The notes beneath the pieces are model-generated. The model made no database searches, was not told where the DNA came from, and saw nothing but the letters and a program-made list of their open reading frames with translations. Made by a program: the position numbers and the translations under genes. A stretch of DNA of 64,000 nucleotides from Octopus bimaculoides (lineage: Eukaryota). The stretch lies in NCBI RefSeq assembly GCF_001194135.2, contig NC_068987.1, positions 29,954,086 to 30,018,085 on the forward strand. Direction: 5' to 3'. Shown here piece after piece: positions 36,742 to 50,409 of this stretch. Every line of letters begins with the position of its first letter. Within the stretch, counting starts at the first letter, position 1.

Positions 36742-37576
36742 GGTGAAAGAAATATCAATCTTTCAGTTTTACGTTTTCAATATGTTTCATGAAAATGTGT
36801 AAACAAACTGAGAAAAGGAGTGTTAAGACAAATAAATAGATGAGGTAGAGCAAAGAATTATTTCAATCATCTTGAAAGTGTTTGGGAATTATATCAAACA
36901 TGCTGTGTTTCTCTACAACAATCAACAATTATGTATTCTGACTGAAAACAGAATAAGCAAATCAGATCACTGAAAGTATGGTGCAGTGCTTGATCATGTA
37001 CTGCGATTTAAATGTATCTAACTACTTGCTTATGACCTGAACAAGAGGAAACAAACATCAGTATGAATATGTATACATGTTCAGAAAGAAAAATCTATGT
37101 ATATGTAGTATATACTTATACACACTGAGTGACAGACGTACAAATAGACACATATATTGTATAGAAAGGGGGAGAGGGAGTAAAAGAGAGAATTAACATG
37201 GGAGGTGCAGGTTGAGTGCACATACTAGGCTTTGTGGAAGGAAGAGTAGGGGTAAAGGACAGTTATGGGTGGAGTTATGAAAATGAGCAATTTGTTTTAC
37301 TTAATTTTATTTTAAACTAATAAATATTTTCTTTTAGAAATTAATGTTCATTCCATCATAAAAACCAAAATTGTTGATAAAATAATGTTTGTTTGGCATA
37401 TTTCTTGATATTATCCATGGTGGCAAATGTTTAACAGTATACTTCCAAAGTTACCCTTAATGGTTTAATTTCCTCTTTGAAATAATTAAGTTTCTATTTT
37501 AAGTACCTCATCTATAATTATATATATATATACATATATTTATTGTGAGTTTACATATGTGCATGTGCACACACAC

Positions 37577-37615
<39 letters not shown>

Positions 37616-38746
37616 GGTGAGCTTTGAAGAAATAGTTCTTTTTGATCAAGGACTATGAACCACCATGATCATCCAATATTTATTTCAGACAATATATTTA
37701 GGACCATATTATCCAATTTTCTTTTTAAAGAGACTGTGAGGTAATATATACAAAAGAGATTTGTTTGCGAATTTTTGCAGGTCGTGCGACCACACTGGGG
37801 CTTCCTTGCTGGTTTGTTATATTGCTTGTTTTTAATGTTGGTCTAATCAAAAAAATGGGAAGTATGTACATAATTACAGATCATTGATCATAACAAAATG
37901 GATGGAAGACAAACACACACACACACATACACACATGTTCAGGTCAATCTTATAAATAAATAACAATTGTGGTGTGCTAATTCAGATTGAGTTTTATTGT
38001 ACTATAGACAAGGCATTCTAGACAAGGTGTCTTGCTCTCGTGAAATTGATATCCGAAAATCTACATTCTTTAAGAATGAGATTATTATTATTTCAAAAAC
38101 AAGTAAGTGTGCAGCTTGTTCAGTGAATTTGACAGCTTACATCAAGCAAAAGAATGCATATATATGCTGAGTCAGTGGTTTTATGTATTTTTTCTCTTTA
38201 TCATACAGCCTGGTCAAAAGAGGAAGGAAAAAACGCCCATGATCCCATAACCTTTTGCAGGGTCTCTGAGATTACTGAAAGGTTGGAGCAGGGGTGATAA
38301 GGAAGCGGGAGAATAAACTCTTGAATTGCTATTGTGGAAATCAGCACTTCAATATATCGAGTTATCTTCAGACCAGAGACTCTGCTGAAGGTGAGCTGGG
38401 CCAAGTCATGGTGTTCAACAGAGTGATATATTAGGACTGCCATGTATGATTGTATTAGTATTTTTGCTATTTTAATAATTTATAGACATGGTTGTGTCTG
38501 GCCTGACGGTTCTTAAAGTTGCACACACACACACACATTTATGTTTGTGTATATATACATAGATACACACACACATATGTATATGCCATATACTCCTATG
38601 ATATGTTTGTATAAAATGTATTTCTAAATAAAACAAATTATTATATTGGAGATTGTTTTGTTTTCTTTATTTCTGTCTTGCTCTACCCTACAACCACTGG
38701 TTTATTAACCCCATTCTACACGCTATCTTTTAGTATAATCTTATTA

Positions 38747-39224
38747 CCAGTTCAAATGTGCTGAAGACATATTCGAACCCATGAGAAAGTCATTCACTGC
38801 ATTTTGTCCAAAAATTTTTCACTGACAAAATGTATTGAATGGTTTTCGTACAGGTTCAAATACGAGGTGTATTTGAACTGGTAACAAGTTTAAATTTGTA
38901 CATATTACTTCTTAGTGCTTCTAATCCATATTTTACTATGGTCAGGCCTATCATTAGCACAACCAATCACAGAACTTTAAACGAAATATAAGAGCGACTT
39001 GGTCTTTCGTAGTTAGATCAGAGCACTTTTCTTTCCAGTTTTCAATGCCGAAGGGGAGATTACTCTTTTGAACTGCATTTATCTATCATTCTGAGTAGAA
39101 AGCATTTCTGGCTGCCTTGGTGTGTTTACACTTTTTTGTCTACAGCGACAATTTTTCTCCATGACCAAATGCACCGAACAGCTTTCTTATGGGTTCGAAT
39201 ATGTCTCTAGCATATTTGAACTGT
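38747..39224. mobile_element. Tc1/mariner-type MITE with about 90-bp imperfect TIRs flanked by TA
   Basis: cagttcaaatgtgctgaagacatattcgaaccca at left versus tgggttcgaatatgtctctagcatatttgaactg at right. Confidence 0.7.
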
Positions 39225-39483
39225 TATTGCGTTTATCTTTGTACACGTCACTGCTGAGCGCTTCTGATCTGTAAACCATTAGTTCTTGTCACTTTGTTTC
39301 TGTATTGTATGCTGTCATATGTACGTCTATAAACTCGGAGTTATCCCTTTTCTCTTTACTAGCCTTCTTCACCTCTGTTCAACCTGCATCACAGTTTACT
39401 GTTACTGACATTGTACATACATTGTATTTACCTCTGCACACTTCAGGTTGTTTGTTATTTGTGATGAATCAGGTTAACTAGTA

Positions 39484-39800
39484 AAAACCCCTTTCGGTCA
39501 TGAACGATCATGGGATTGCACCTAGAATGTTTCCCTCCGAGGCACCAGTCCGTCAAGGTTGTTTATGGAAGACCAGCAGTCGCCCATGCATGCCAGCCTT
39601 CCTTCTCCACGCCACTGATGTCATCCAAGGGAAAGGCCAATAGAACTTAGCCCCAGTGATGTTGCAATTCATTTCTACTGTTGAGTGAACTGGAGCAACA
39701 CGAAATAAAGTGTCTTGCTCAAGAACACAAAAAACAGTGAAGTCCAGGAATCAAACTCCCTACCTCGTGATCATGAGCCCAAAGCTCTAACTACTACGTC
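39484..39800 (-). mobile_element. SINE family E; related decayed copy at about 55460-55625
   Basis: tRNA-like head at right (ccaggaatcaaactc...ctctaactact) and aagtgtcttgctcaagaacac segment. Confidence 0.65.
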
Positions 39801-41289
39801 TTCACCAATAAAACCGGCAAAATATAAGACGTTGTGCTTAACTTATATTACTCTACACATTGCAGGTTGTCTGCTGTTTGTCATATGTAGGTAACATTAT
39901 ACATTACAATGTTGATTAGGCATCACGTGAGGATTTAGGTTTGTCCAGAGGTGAAAGGGCAGCACTCCTGTCCTTTTAAAGGGTCAGTGAAATTGGTAGG
40001 AGGAAGAAAGTTGATTATATCCAAATTTTCAGATTGAAGATTTTGCTCAAATGTTTGCGAAAGATTAGACTCTGCTAGAAACATTCAAGGGTCAAAGTAG
40101 TGGCATTAAATTGGGTCACAGATGAGGTCTACCATCCCAAGAATAACTAAAGTCTGTGACTGGCTTGCACATATTTTCTGTTAAAGACTTTGGCCTAGAT
40201 TCTGTGCAGTGAGATTGTACTGAACCTGGATCCAAGGTGTTGGAGTCACATTTAGTCTGAACAGCAATGAAATTATATTTCTTATTAGATGGCAGAATTG
40301 ATAAAGTTCTAGATAAACGCAATGTACAGTTTAATTATGTCCCTTGGCAATCAAATCCTGATGACTTCAATTTTCATCATCATGTGTTTGTAATATTAAG
40401 TACCAGTTTTGACTTTCATTCTTTTGGGGCTCAATAAAATGAGTATCAGCTGAAGACTGGGGTTAGTGCAAATGATTTACCTGCTCCCATTGAACTTGCT
40501 GGCCTTGTGGCAAAATTTTAAATCAATATTAGTTTCAGTTACGGTGAGAAGCTGGCAGAATCGTTACGCTGAGCAAAATGTCTTGTGGCAATTTCGTCTG
40601 TCTTTACATTCCGAGTTCAAATTCCACCAAGGTTGACTTCGCCTTCCATCTTTTGGGATTGCTAAATTAAGTTCCAGTTGGATTCTGGGGTTGACGTAAT
40701 CGACTTTCTCCCACCCCTTAAATTGCTGGCCTTGGGCTAAAAATTTGAAACCAATATTAGTACCAATTAATTATAGGGTGTTGCTATCATTGAGTCACAA
40801 GATGAAAGGCAATAATTGTGAACCTTTTAGAGGTCCCTGGCTGAAACAAACAGAAAGATAGTGCTTTTGATCATAAACCTGACCAAAAGCCTTCCAACTG
40901 AGTGGATTCTGTTAGCGGTATCCCTCTCCGAACCCTCTTGAGAACAACCTACTGGAGATCACCCTGGTTATATGACACAAACTTACTGTGTTAACAGGAT
41001 CTAAATCAAAACCTTTCATCAAAATTCCATATTTAATTAAGATACTGATCCTAGCTTAATATTGATTTCAAATTTTGGCACAAGGCCAGCAAGTTTGAAG
41101 GAGTGGGTAAGTCAATTGCATCAACATCAGTTGCTCACCTGGTACTTGTATTGATCCTGAGAGGATGAAAGGCAAAGTGGACCTCAGCAGAATTTGAACT
41201 CAGAACATGAAGAAAGATGAAACACCACTAAGTATTTTGCCCAGTGTGCTAACGATTCTGCCAGCTTACCAATAGTAATAATAATAATT

Positions 41290-41800
41290 ACCGACAAGGC
41301 TATAAAAGCTAATAAACCGGATATTATTATAAAAGATCAGACAAACACGTGTTTATTAATTGACATGAGTATTCTCTGTGATCATAATATAGCGGCGAAA
41401 GAATTTGACAAGATCAGTAAATATAAAGACTTGCTAATAGAAATTGAAAAAATGTGGCACCTCAGGGCAACTACCGTACCAGTGATTGTAGGATCTCTAG
41501 AAATGATAAAAGAAGGTACTGAAACCTATTTGAAAATGATACCAGGCTTACCATCCCTACAGGAAGTGCAAAAAATCTTGTTAACTGGAACGACTCATGT
41601 ACTGAGAAGAGCATTATCGCTGTAAAAACAACATCCATTCATGAATTTTTTTTTTTTTTTTAAATACATATTTTACCTGTGGATTTGTGTGTGTAAACTT
41701 GAAATGCATACAATGAGCTTTTCTACCCTAGGTGTACGGAAAACACTGAGAGAATTGGAAGAAAATTTGAAGAAAGAAGAAAAAAAAACAACATAATAAT
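41290..41800 (+). mobile_element. 5'-truncated non-LTR element of an RLE-endonuclease clade (Hero/NeSL/R4-like)
   Basis: TDKAIKANKPDIIIKD..CLLIDMSI..KEFDKISKYKDL..VPVIVGSL..QKILLTGTTHVLRRAL*; (AAT)n tail near 41790. Confidence 0.8.
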
Positions 41801-42394
41801 AATAATCTTTTCTACTAAAGGCAGAAGGCCAATAATTTCAGGAAAAGGGCAAACTGATTACATCACCCCAGTGCTCAACTAGTATTTATTTTATTGATTC
41901 CGAGATGAAAAGCAAAGTTGACCTCAGCAGAATTTGAACTCAGAACGTAAAGATGGACAGAATGTTGCTAACTGTTTTGTCTGGAGAGCTATCTATTTTG
42001 CCAGCTCATCACCTTAACCCCCGCTTAATAGTGACAAAATTAATATAATAGATTCTTCATTATTTTCAAAATTAATTGAAAGTTAGTGTATGGCTTTTTA
42101 ATGTATAGAAATTATATTTACAGTTATTCACCATTATACATGTTTCATTTGTTAATAGGATTTACAAAATTGTACATGTTGGAAAAATATGCAAGATATC
42201 TCCTTTTAGAAGTTCTTCAGGTAGAGAATCAATTACTACCAGTATTATCTGATTCTCTATCACAAGGAGATAGATATCTTACATGTTTCTCCAACATATG
42301 CAATTTTGTAACTCCTATTAAGAAATGAAACATGAAGGCTGTTTAATGAAAAAGGAGCAGTATGAAAAACTTCTGAAGTAATTAAAATTTCCGT

Positions 42395-42535
42395 GGTAAG
42401 TAGCTTGCTTACCATCCACATGGTCCTGGGTTCAGTCCCACTGAGTGACACTTTGAGCAAGTGTCTTCTACTATAGCCTCGGGCTGACCAAAGCTTTGTG
42501 AGTGGATTTGGTAGACGAAAACTAGAAGAAGCCCG

Positions 42536-42591
<56 letters not shown>

Positions 42592-42820
42592 CTGTGTGTG
42601 TTTGAGTGTCTGTTTGTCCCCCCCCACCCCCACCAGCATTGCTTGACAACCGATGCTGGTCTGTTTATGTCCCTGTAACTTAGCGGTTCGGCAAAAGAGA
42701 CCGATAAAATAAGCACTAGACTTACAAAGAATAAGCTCTGGGGTCGATTTTCTCGACTATAAAGGCGGTGCTCCAGCATGGCCGCAGTCAAATGACTAAA
42801 ACAAGTAAAAAAGTAAAAGA
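42395..42820 (+). mobile_element. SINE family A
   Basis: Alignment to family. Confidence 0.9.
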
Positions 42821-43621
42821 GTAAAAGAAAAGAGCTGGAGAAAGAAAAGCAAAAAGCTAATGGTAGATGTTGATGACCCTCAAAGATAATTTCAAGAAAT
42901 TTATAGGGATGCTTTCTGTTAATTGTTTTGCATATTGCATTCAAGTTAGCTGCAACAATTATTGTTGTTCTGTTGTAGCCAGAGGTATGCAATACAACTG
43001 AATGTGCCAGTGCCACATTAAAGGCACACACACTGTAAAGTGGTTGGCATTAGGAAGGGCATCAAACTGGAACCTGGTGCAACTCATCTACTGGTCAGCT
43101 CTGATCAAACCATCCAACCCCTGCCAGCATGGAAAACGGATGTTAAAGGATGATGATGATGACGACAATGCATTGCAATACATCTTAGGAATGATTTTTA
43201 AGCTATAAACTGACTTGCTTGTAATAGTAGCTGAATCTTCCTCAAATCAAACATACCTGTCTTAAGAAGCCAGTACCTTATCCATTGAGTCACAGAAGCT
43301 TTTCTTCTTCCAGGCATCAAATTAATTGTATTCGTTTCAAATTTTGGCGCAAGACCAGCAATTTCAGGAAGTGGAGTAAACTGAATGCTTCGATTCCCGT
43401 GCTCAACTGGTACTTATTTTATCGACCCCACAAAAAGATGAAAAGCAAAGCCAACAATAGAGGAATTTAAGCTCAGAAAATAAAGTCAGATGAAATGCTG
43501 CTTTGCACTTTGTCTGCCATACTAACTATTCTGCCAGCATGCCCCACTTGATCAAAATAATGAGATTGTAAAAACAGATACAACAGCAACGAAATATATT
43601 AATAAAAATTATCAATACATA

Positions 43622-44035
43622 GGCATAGGAGTGGCTGAGTGGTAAGTAACTTGCTTACCAACCACATGGTTCCGGGTTCAGTCCCACTGTGTGGAACCTT
43701 GGGCAAGTGTCTTCTACTATAGCCTCGGGCCGACCAAAACCTTGTGAGTGAATTTCATAGACGGAAACTGAAAGAAGCCCGTCGTATATATGTATATATA
43801 TATATATATATATGAATGTGTGTGTATATGTTTGTGTGTCTGTCCCCACCCCACCCAACATCGCTTGACAACCGAAGTTGGTGTGTTTACGTCCCCGTAA
43901 CTTAGCGGTTCAGCTAAAGAGACCGATAGAATAAGTACCAGGCTTACAAAGAATAAGTCCTGGGGTCGATTAGCTCGACTAAAAAGCGGTGCTCCAGCAT
44001 GGCCACAGTCAAATGATTGAAACAAGTAAAAGAGT
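43622..44035 (+). mobile_element. SINE family A
   Basis: Alignment to family. Confidence 0.9.
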
Positions 44036-44333
44036 AATACAGCATATCTTTATCTATCTTTTACTTTTGTCTAAATTATTTTGAGAAAGTCCATTCTGTC
44101 AGATTGGACTAAACAGAACAGGAGGAGACACAAGTGTGAGATGAAAGATTTCCAGACAATGGACATAAGATAAAATAAGAACAACAATAAACGAGTGAAG
44201 AACGAATATTTAGTGCGTGTGTTCATTTGGCAAGGCAAAAAAACATGACCTAAAGTATTTTTGCGCGAATTTCGATGATAGACAACTGAGTTTCATATTC
44301 ATAATAGTATGATTACAAAAAAAGAAATATTTC

Positions 44334-44343
44334 AAAAAAAAAA
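44334..44343 (-). terminator. RNA polymerase III oligo-dT terminator of the tRNA gene
   Basis: T10 run on the minus strand 8 nt after the tRNA 3' end. Confidence 0.85.
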
Positions 44344-44351
44344 TTTCCATA

Positions 44352-44424
44352 TACCTCCGACGGGACTCGAACCCGCAATCCCCGGCTTAGGAGGCCGGTG
44401 CCTTATCCATTGGGCCACGGAGGC
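44352..44424 (-). tRNA. trnR-CCU: tRNA-Arg, anticodon CCT, 73 nt, intronless
   Basis: Reverse complement GCCTCCGTGGCCCAATGGATAAGGCACCGGCCTCCTAAGCCGGGGATTGCGGGTTCGAGTCCCGTCGGAGGTA folds into a cloverleaf with A and B boxes. Confidence 0.95.
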
Positions 44425-45225
44425 TTCACTTCAGCGGGAATTAAATTAATTATATATACCTATTTTATTTCATAAAAATAACATATTTTTCAGCTAAAAT
44501 ATTTGATTTTATTACTTTATTCGTTATTTTAGCTATATGCTTTATGTTTTTCAATGGCTCTCTCTTAAAGAGATTTGCTCTTACACAAAAACGTTATTCT
44601 TCTTAATCCGCAAATCTTTGAATTCGTTTTGCTACGATATTTTTTTTCAGCATTTGATTTTATTTACATCATTCGCTTCCCTAGATATAACAAAATCGGA
44701 AATTAAAAATAGGAAATATTTGTAAAAAGGCGAAAAAGAATAAAATTCTACATTAAAAAAAAACCCAACTTATTTCGGAATTATTCGTAACTTTCCGTAC
44801 GTTATTTTACGTCTTCGTCATGTGCACGTTGTTGTTTACTCAAAATCTATCAATTTAAGTATTTGTTGGTTTTCAATAATTATGAGTTGTTAATTAATAT
44901 CCTTTTAGATGTTCGTACGTGTGTGTATGTTAAATATTTTCTTAAGCCGATCTTGGAAGAAAGCATACCATTTTTACTTAAACAACCTTTAGCTTTCTTT
45001 CAGTTTCGCGAATGAATCAATGGACAGAAGACGAGAAATTTCGACTAATAATTGATTGTTTTGACTCCAATATTTGAGTGTAGTTGCTTCTTTTTGTTCT
45101 TAACATGTCGAAAGGATTCAGAAGTAAAGTGTAAAAACAGAAGTGGAAACAGCGAAACGACTAACTTTTCGCGCATAGTTTAGTAATATGTCTACAAGAA
45201 GATATCTATACATGTGCCCGCCACC

Positions 45226-45551
45226 CGACTTTGTTAGCTAATAACTCTCAGTAAAATGGGCATTTTTTCAAGAAATTTTCTACAAATATCTTTCAGATGG
45301 TGTGGATTACGATTGTAGCGGAATTTAATAATAAAAAATTGGTGGGCGTGCATACTGACATATATCACAATTTATTTCTAGTAACATTTTGGAGATAAAT
45401 ATATATGATGTGTCTGAATGTATGTGTGCGTGCCCACCAATTTTTTTTTTTTTTTACACCTTAATTGCGATATAATCGTAATTCACATTATCCGAAAGGT
45501 ATTTGTAGAAAAAAGGTATTTTTTTCTAAAAGTTATGAGGAAACAAAGTCG
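45226..45551. mobile_element. Palindromic MITE-like element with long imperfect arms
   Basis: cgactttgtt...ataact / agttat...aacaaagtcg termini; inner arms ttctacaaata...aattggtgggc reverse-complementary. Confidence 0.65.
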
Positions 45552-46924
45552 ACTCGTGTGAATTATTTAAAACTCCTCTCGCCACTTCCGACAAAAACTT
45601 TCTGATGAAAGGTTTTGTAGAGAACTTCATTAAAAAATATCCATTGTTCTGTAAGTTATGAGGAAACAAAGTCAGTAGCAGGACTCTTATAGGTGTGCTG
45701 TATGTATGTGTATACGCTGCTACAGGAATTTATACTTGCAATTTCACTTTGGTTTCAAGAAATGCCATTAAAAGAAAATAACACTTACGGTATTCCAGTT
45801 GGGATCACCCATTTAATATATATGCTTAGTACATATGCAATGTATATCAATAACTTGATACATCTACTAGAGATGCTAACAAATTCTCACTCATATGATC
45901 ATAAATCAGCCAGGACAAGAGGTGAAGTGATGCACAACCTTTACAGATGCTTTGACAGTAAGCCTCAAGTCGATGGCTGGTCACTGCCTTCACTTCCTGG
46001 TTCCTAGCTGTTTGAAAGCCACTCCTATTTCAAACTGAAATTCAATATTTATTACATATATCTTCTATTAGAACAAACTTTACTGAGGTAGTTACTATGA
46101 GAGAAAATCTCATGATACCTACGTCAGAATGTACACGTTTAAGTGGCAATAAATATTCGTTTCTACTCTAGGCACAAGGCCCGAAATTTTGGGGGAGGGG
46201 GCCAGTCGATTAGATCGTCCTCAGTACACAACTGGTACTTAATTTATCGACTCTGGAAGGATGAAAGGCAAAGTCAAACTCGGCGGAATTTGAACTCAGA
46301 ACGTAAAGACAAACGAAATACCACGAAGCATTTCGCCTGGCGTGCTAACATTTCTGCCAGCTCACCCTCCCAGTATTAATACTCTGTCTGTTGTTATATA
46401 TGTATATATGTATATATATATATATATATATATAGATGAGGAGTNNNNNNNNNNTTGTGCCTGTAATTCAAAGGGTCAGCCTTGTCACACTGTGTCACGC
46501 TGAATATCCCCGAGAACTACGTTAAGGGCACACGTGTCTGTGGAGTGCTCAGCCACTTGCACGTTAATTTCACGAGCGGGCTGTTCCGTTGATCAGATCA
46601 ACTGGAACCCTCGACGTCGTAAGCGACGGAGTGCCAACACAAGTAGGTACAAGTTAAACAAGAGGAAAACAATCAAAGCAAGACTATGGCATTTAAATTC
46701 ATTTGGTTTAGTTTAATTTAAGAGAGTTAATGCTAATGCACCGTAGTAGAGACCATATCTATTAATTCTGCCTACATTGCATTGGCAAATAACTCCTAGA
46801 TTAAACTAAACTAAATGAATTTAAATGCCATAGTCATGTTTTTATTAATTGTTTTCCTCTTCTGTAACATATATATGTATGTATATATATATCATCATCA
46901 ACCAGTGTTTTAAATCCAAGTTTT

Positions 46925-47215
46925 GTCCCCGTTAAGCGGGGTGGCTGGATATACCTCAGTGTCATAGCAACCACCCTCACACCCTCTTGCCTGGATTTGG
47001 GCATCCTCCTTTTTCAAACCAACCCTCTCAATCTCCTCCTCCACCTTTTCCTCGGTCTGCCTCGCTTTCGTGCTTCATTTTCCTCAAACGAAATCACCCT
47101 CCTCAGAACATGCTCTTCATCCCTCCTCAACACATGCCCGTACCACCTCACTATTTAGGTAGGGGGTCTCAGAGAGTAGCATTCCTGCCTTCCTGAGCTA
47201 GCTTTCCACCATATT
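46925..47215 (-). mobile_element. RTE LINE 3' end
   Basis: RWYGHVLRRDEEHVLRRVISFEENEARKRGRPRKRW. Confidence 0.8.
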
Positions 47216-47316
47216 TCTTAGAAATCATGGTCTTGGTCTTGTCTAGAAACTGAGTTTGGAGGTAAGCAAGGGCATGCTCTCTGTAGAAAATCTAGCTCCA
47301 AGAAAGCCTCATGATA

Positions 47317-47356
<40 letters not shown>

Positions 47357-47599
47357 CATTGATAATAATAATATTAGGGATCAAAATCCAAAATTACAAG
47401 TAAAAACTCAATTAAAATCAATTTATTAAAAATTAAAATTAAATTAAGTTTCACAGTATAAAATATATATGTGTGTGTGTGTGCGTGTGTGTGTGTGTTT
47501 TAAGGAAAAGAACCGAGGTTCATGAACTCATCGATGAAAATCCACTGTCACATATTCATGCTCATGAACCTTGATACTTTTCTCTAAAACTATATATAT

Positions 47600-48345
47600 A
47601 TATATATGTAAATATATAAAAATAAAAAGATAAAGAGAGCAATGGTAAGGTTGGAGAAGTATTTTATGGATAGAGTCTTACAGCTGTTTCTGGGAAGATC
47701 CAGTACTTCCCTTCATCGGAGACAGAAAAAATAAAGTAATCTATTATTATATCCATAGGCGGATAGTTTTAGTATGAAGTGGTAAAGAGTGCGATGCGCT
47801 GAAAAAAGAGAGAACAGTATTTGAAGTGTAGTTTCATTCCAGTAGTAAAAATCCGTGTAGAAATTCGTGTAAAGTAATCCATATGGGGATAATCCGGAAA
47901 TAGATGTTGGAACGAAGGCTGATATAGCATAGATAGCAGAGGTGAATATATGCCATACTGCGATGGATTTTAGCTTGTTTACTTGAAGAATGGCCAAGTC
48001 AAGTGAAGGATGAGCGGTAATTAGGTCAAGTCATGAAGACAGAATGTGAAAGGGGATGGAGAAGAGATATAGGTGAAGGATGGTAGCGGTATACTTTAAT
48101 GGTCAGTTGATCTTAGAGGATAGAGGGAATGAGCATATAGAGAGAAGGAGGGAAGCGGGAGATAAGGTTAAAAGGTCTAGTGGGTAGGAAGGAATGCGCG
48201 TATGTAGTATATAGGTGGTGGGGGTATGAGTGATAAACCAAGGATAGAAATAAAGGGAGAGATGGGTGGGAAAGGTAGTTAGTAGTATCATATTCGAGAG
48301 TGCAGCCAAACCTATTTATAGATGGTGGAAAGGGATTGAGAGAAA
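47600..48345 (-). mobile_element. Decayed Penelope-like retroelement 3' fragment
   Basis: CT-rich body and degenerate ORF ending at a ccgatgaagg hammerhead-type terminus; protein similarity too decayed to confirm. Confidence 0.5.
47675..47723 (-). ncRNA. Hammerhead-like motif at the end of a Penelope-like fragment (core CCGAUGA)
   Basis: Stem I GUCU/AGAC, stem II GGGAAG/CUUCCC, GAAA, palindrome ACAGCUGU, site GUA; U4 replaced by C. Confidence 0.6.
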
Positions 48346-49156
48346 NNNNNNNNNNNNNNNNNNNNNNNNNNNNNNNNNNNNNNNNNNNNNNNNNNNNNNN
48401 NNNNNNNNNNNNNNNNNNNNNNNNNNNNNNNNNNNNNNNNNNNNNCACGGCGGGTTTCTTCCTGTTTCAGTCTACCAAATCCGCACAAAGCTTTGGTCGG
48501 TCCGGGTCTATAGTAGATGACTCTTGCACACACACTGCTGTACAGTAGGACAGAACCCGAGACCTCATGGTCTAATCGAATTCCACTTTTGGGATAGTGT
48601 CTTACGAATACATGTTCTTCTGGATGAGCACACTCCACCCAAGATGGCATCCGTGCACGAGAATAATAAATTAGGCAGGGAAGTATAATCTGACACGCTT
48701 AATCCTTGATAAGCTGATTACACTTAATAGCCATTCAGTCAATGTTAGCAGTAAGGTGAGGACGAATGCTCAAATTCTTAGATCACTGAATGATACGATA
48801 AGTTTCACAACTATGAGACACTACAGACGATTGGTACACATGTAACCCCAGAAAGACGATATACTCCGATATAATACATTGTGTTAGTAAGGAGAGCAAT
48901 GATCATGATATCAAATTCAGAACTACTGGATGGAATTTATAAATATATGATTGCTTCCAGTTAGTCTAGGAATCGTAGAGGAACCACTGAAGTGTATCTG
49001 AGCTAAAGAAAATTTCGCTGCCAGGTACAAATTAAGACGGATCCCCAATAATCTTTATCATTCATGTAGACACGTCGCTTCATCTAAATGTCCGTCTCAG
49101 TTTTATGACAATTACTGTACCTAAACGACAGTAACAAATGAGATAATATATATTAG

Positions 49157-49323
49157 CAGGAGTGGCTGTGTGGTAAGTAGCTTGCTTACCAACTACATGG
49201 TTCCGGGTTCAGTCCCACTGCGTGACACCTTGGGCAAGTGTGTTCTACTATAGCCTTGGGCCGACCAAAGCCTTGTGAGTGGATTTGGTAGACGGAAACT
49301 GAAAGAAGCCCGTCGTATATATG

Positions 49324-49380
<57 letters not shown>

Positions 49381-50395
49381 NNNNNNNNNNNNNNNNNNNN
49401 NNNNNNNNNNNNNNNNNNNNNNNNNNNNNNNNNNNNNNNNNNNNNNNNNNNNNNNNNNNNNNNNNNNNNNNNNNNNNNNNNNNNNNNNNNNNNNNNNNNN
49501 NNNNNNNNNNNNNNNNNNNNNNNNNNNNNNNTTACAAAGAATAAGTCTTGGGGTCGATTTGCTCGACTAAAGGCGGTGCTCCAGCATGGCCGCAGTCAAA
49601 TGACTGAAACAAGTAAAACAGTGAAACAGTATTAGCGATGGAGGCAGTATCAATATCGAGAGGTGATACGTATCCCCGCTTAAATGTGGAATCTCTGTGA
49701 GAACAAACTATACTAAGGTACATACCATGAAAAAAACTCTCTTATTGGCTTCTGGTGCAAAATGAGATTATAATTCTACTTCAAATATGGTCACTACTCA
49801 GAAATAAATATGACTATTAGGTGGGCAACATAATTGAGAAAGAAGGGAAGTCATATATACGGTGTTCGGGCTAAATTTGACCGTTTGCATAAAAGGAAAA
49901 GAAAACACAAAAAATCCCATCTAAAAATAAAAGTGTTTTAACTAATCAGAAACTATTGACTAGATTATGACTGGGAGATAACCGTAGGAGTGGCTGTGTG
50001 GTAAGTAGCTTGCTTACCAACGACATGGTTCCGGGTTCAGTCCCACTGCGTGGCACCTTGGGCAAGTGTCTTCTACTATAGCCTCGGGCCGACCAAAGCC
50101 TTCTGAGTGGATTTGGTAGACGGAAACTGAAAGAAGCCTGTCGTATATATGCATATGTATATATATGTATGTGTGTTTGTGTGTCTGTGTTTGTCTCCCC
50201 CACCACCACCGCCATCGCATGACAGCCGATGCTGGTGTGTTTACGTCCCCGTAACTTAGCGGTTCGGCAAAAAAAGATCGATAGAATAAGTGCTAGGCCT
50301 ACAAAGAATAAGTCCTGGGGTCGATTTTCTCGACTAAAGGCGGTGCTCCAGCATGGTCACAGTCAAATGACTGAAACAAGTAAAAGAGAGTAAAA
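49157..50395 (+). mobile_element. Two SINE family A copies (49157-49615 with gap; 49987-50395)
   Basis: Alignment to family. Confidence 0.9.
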
Positions 50396-50409
50396 GAGAA
50401 AAGAGAGTT

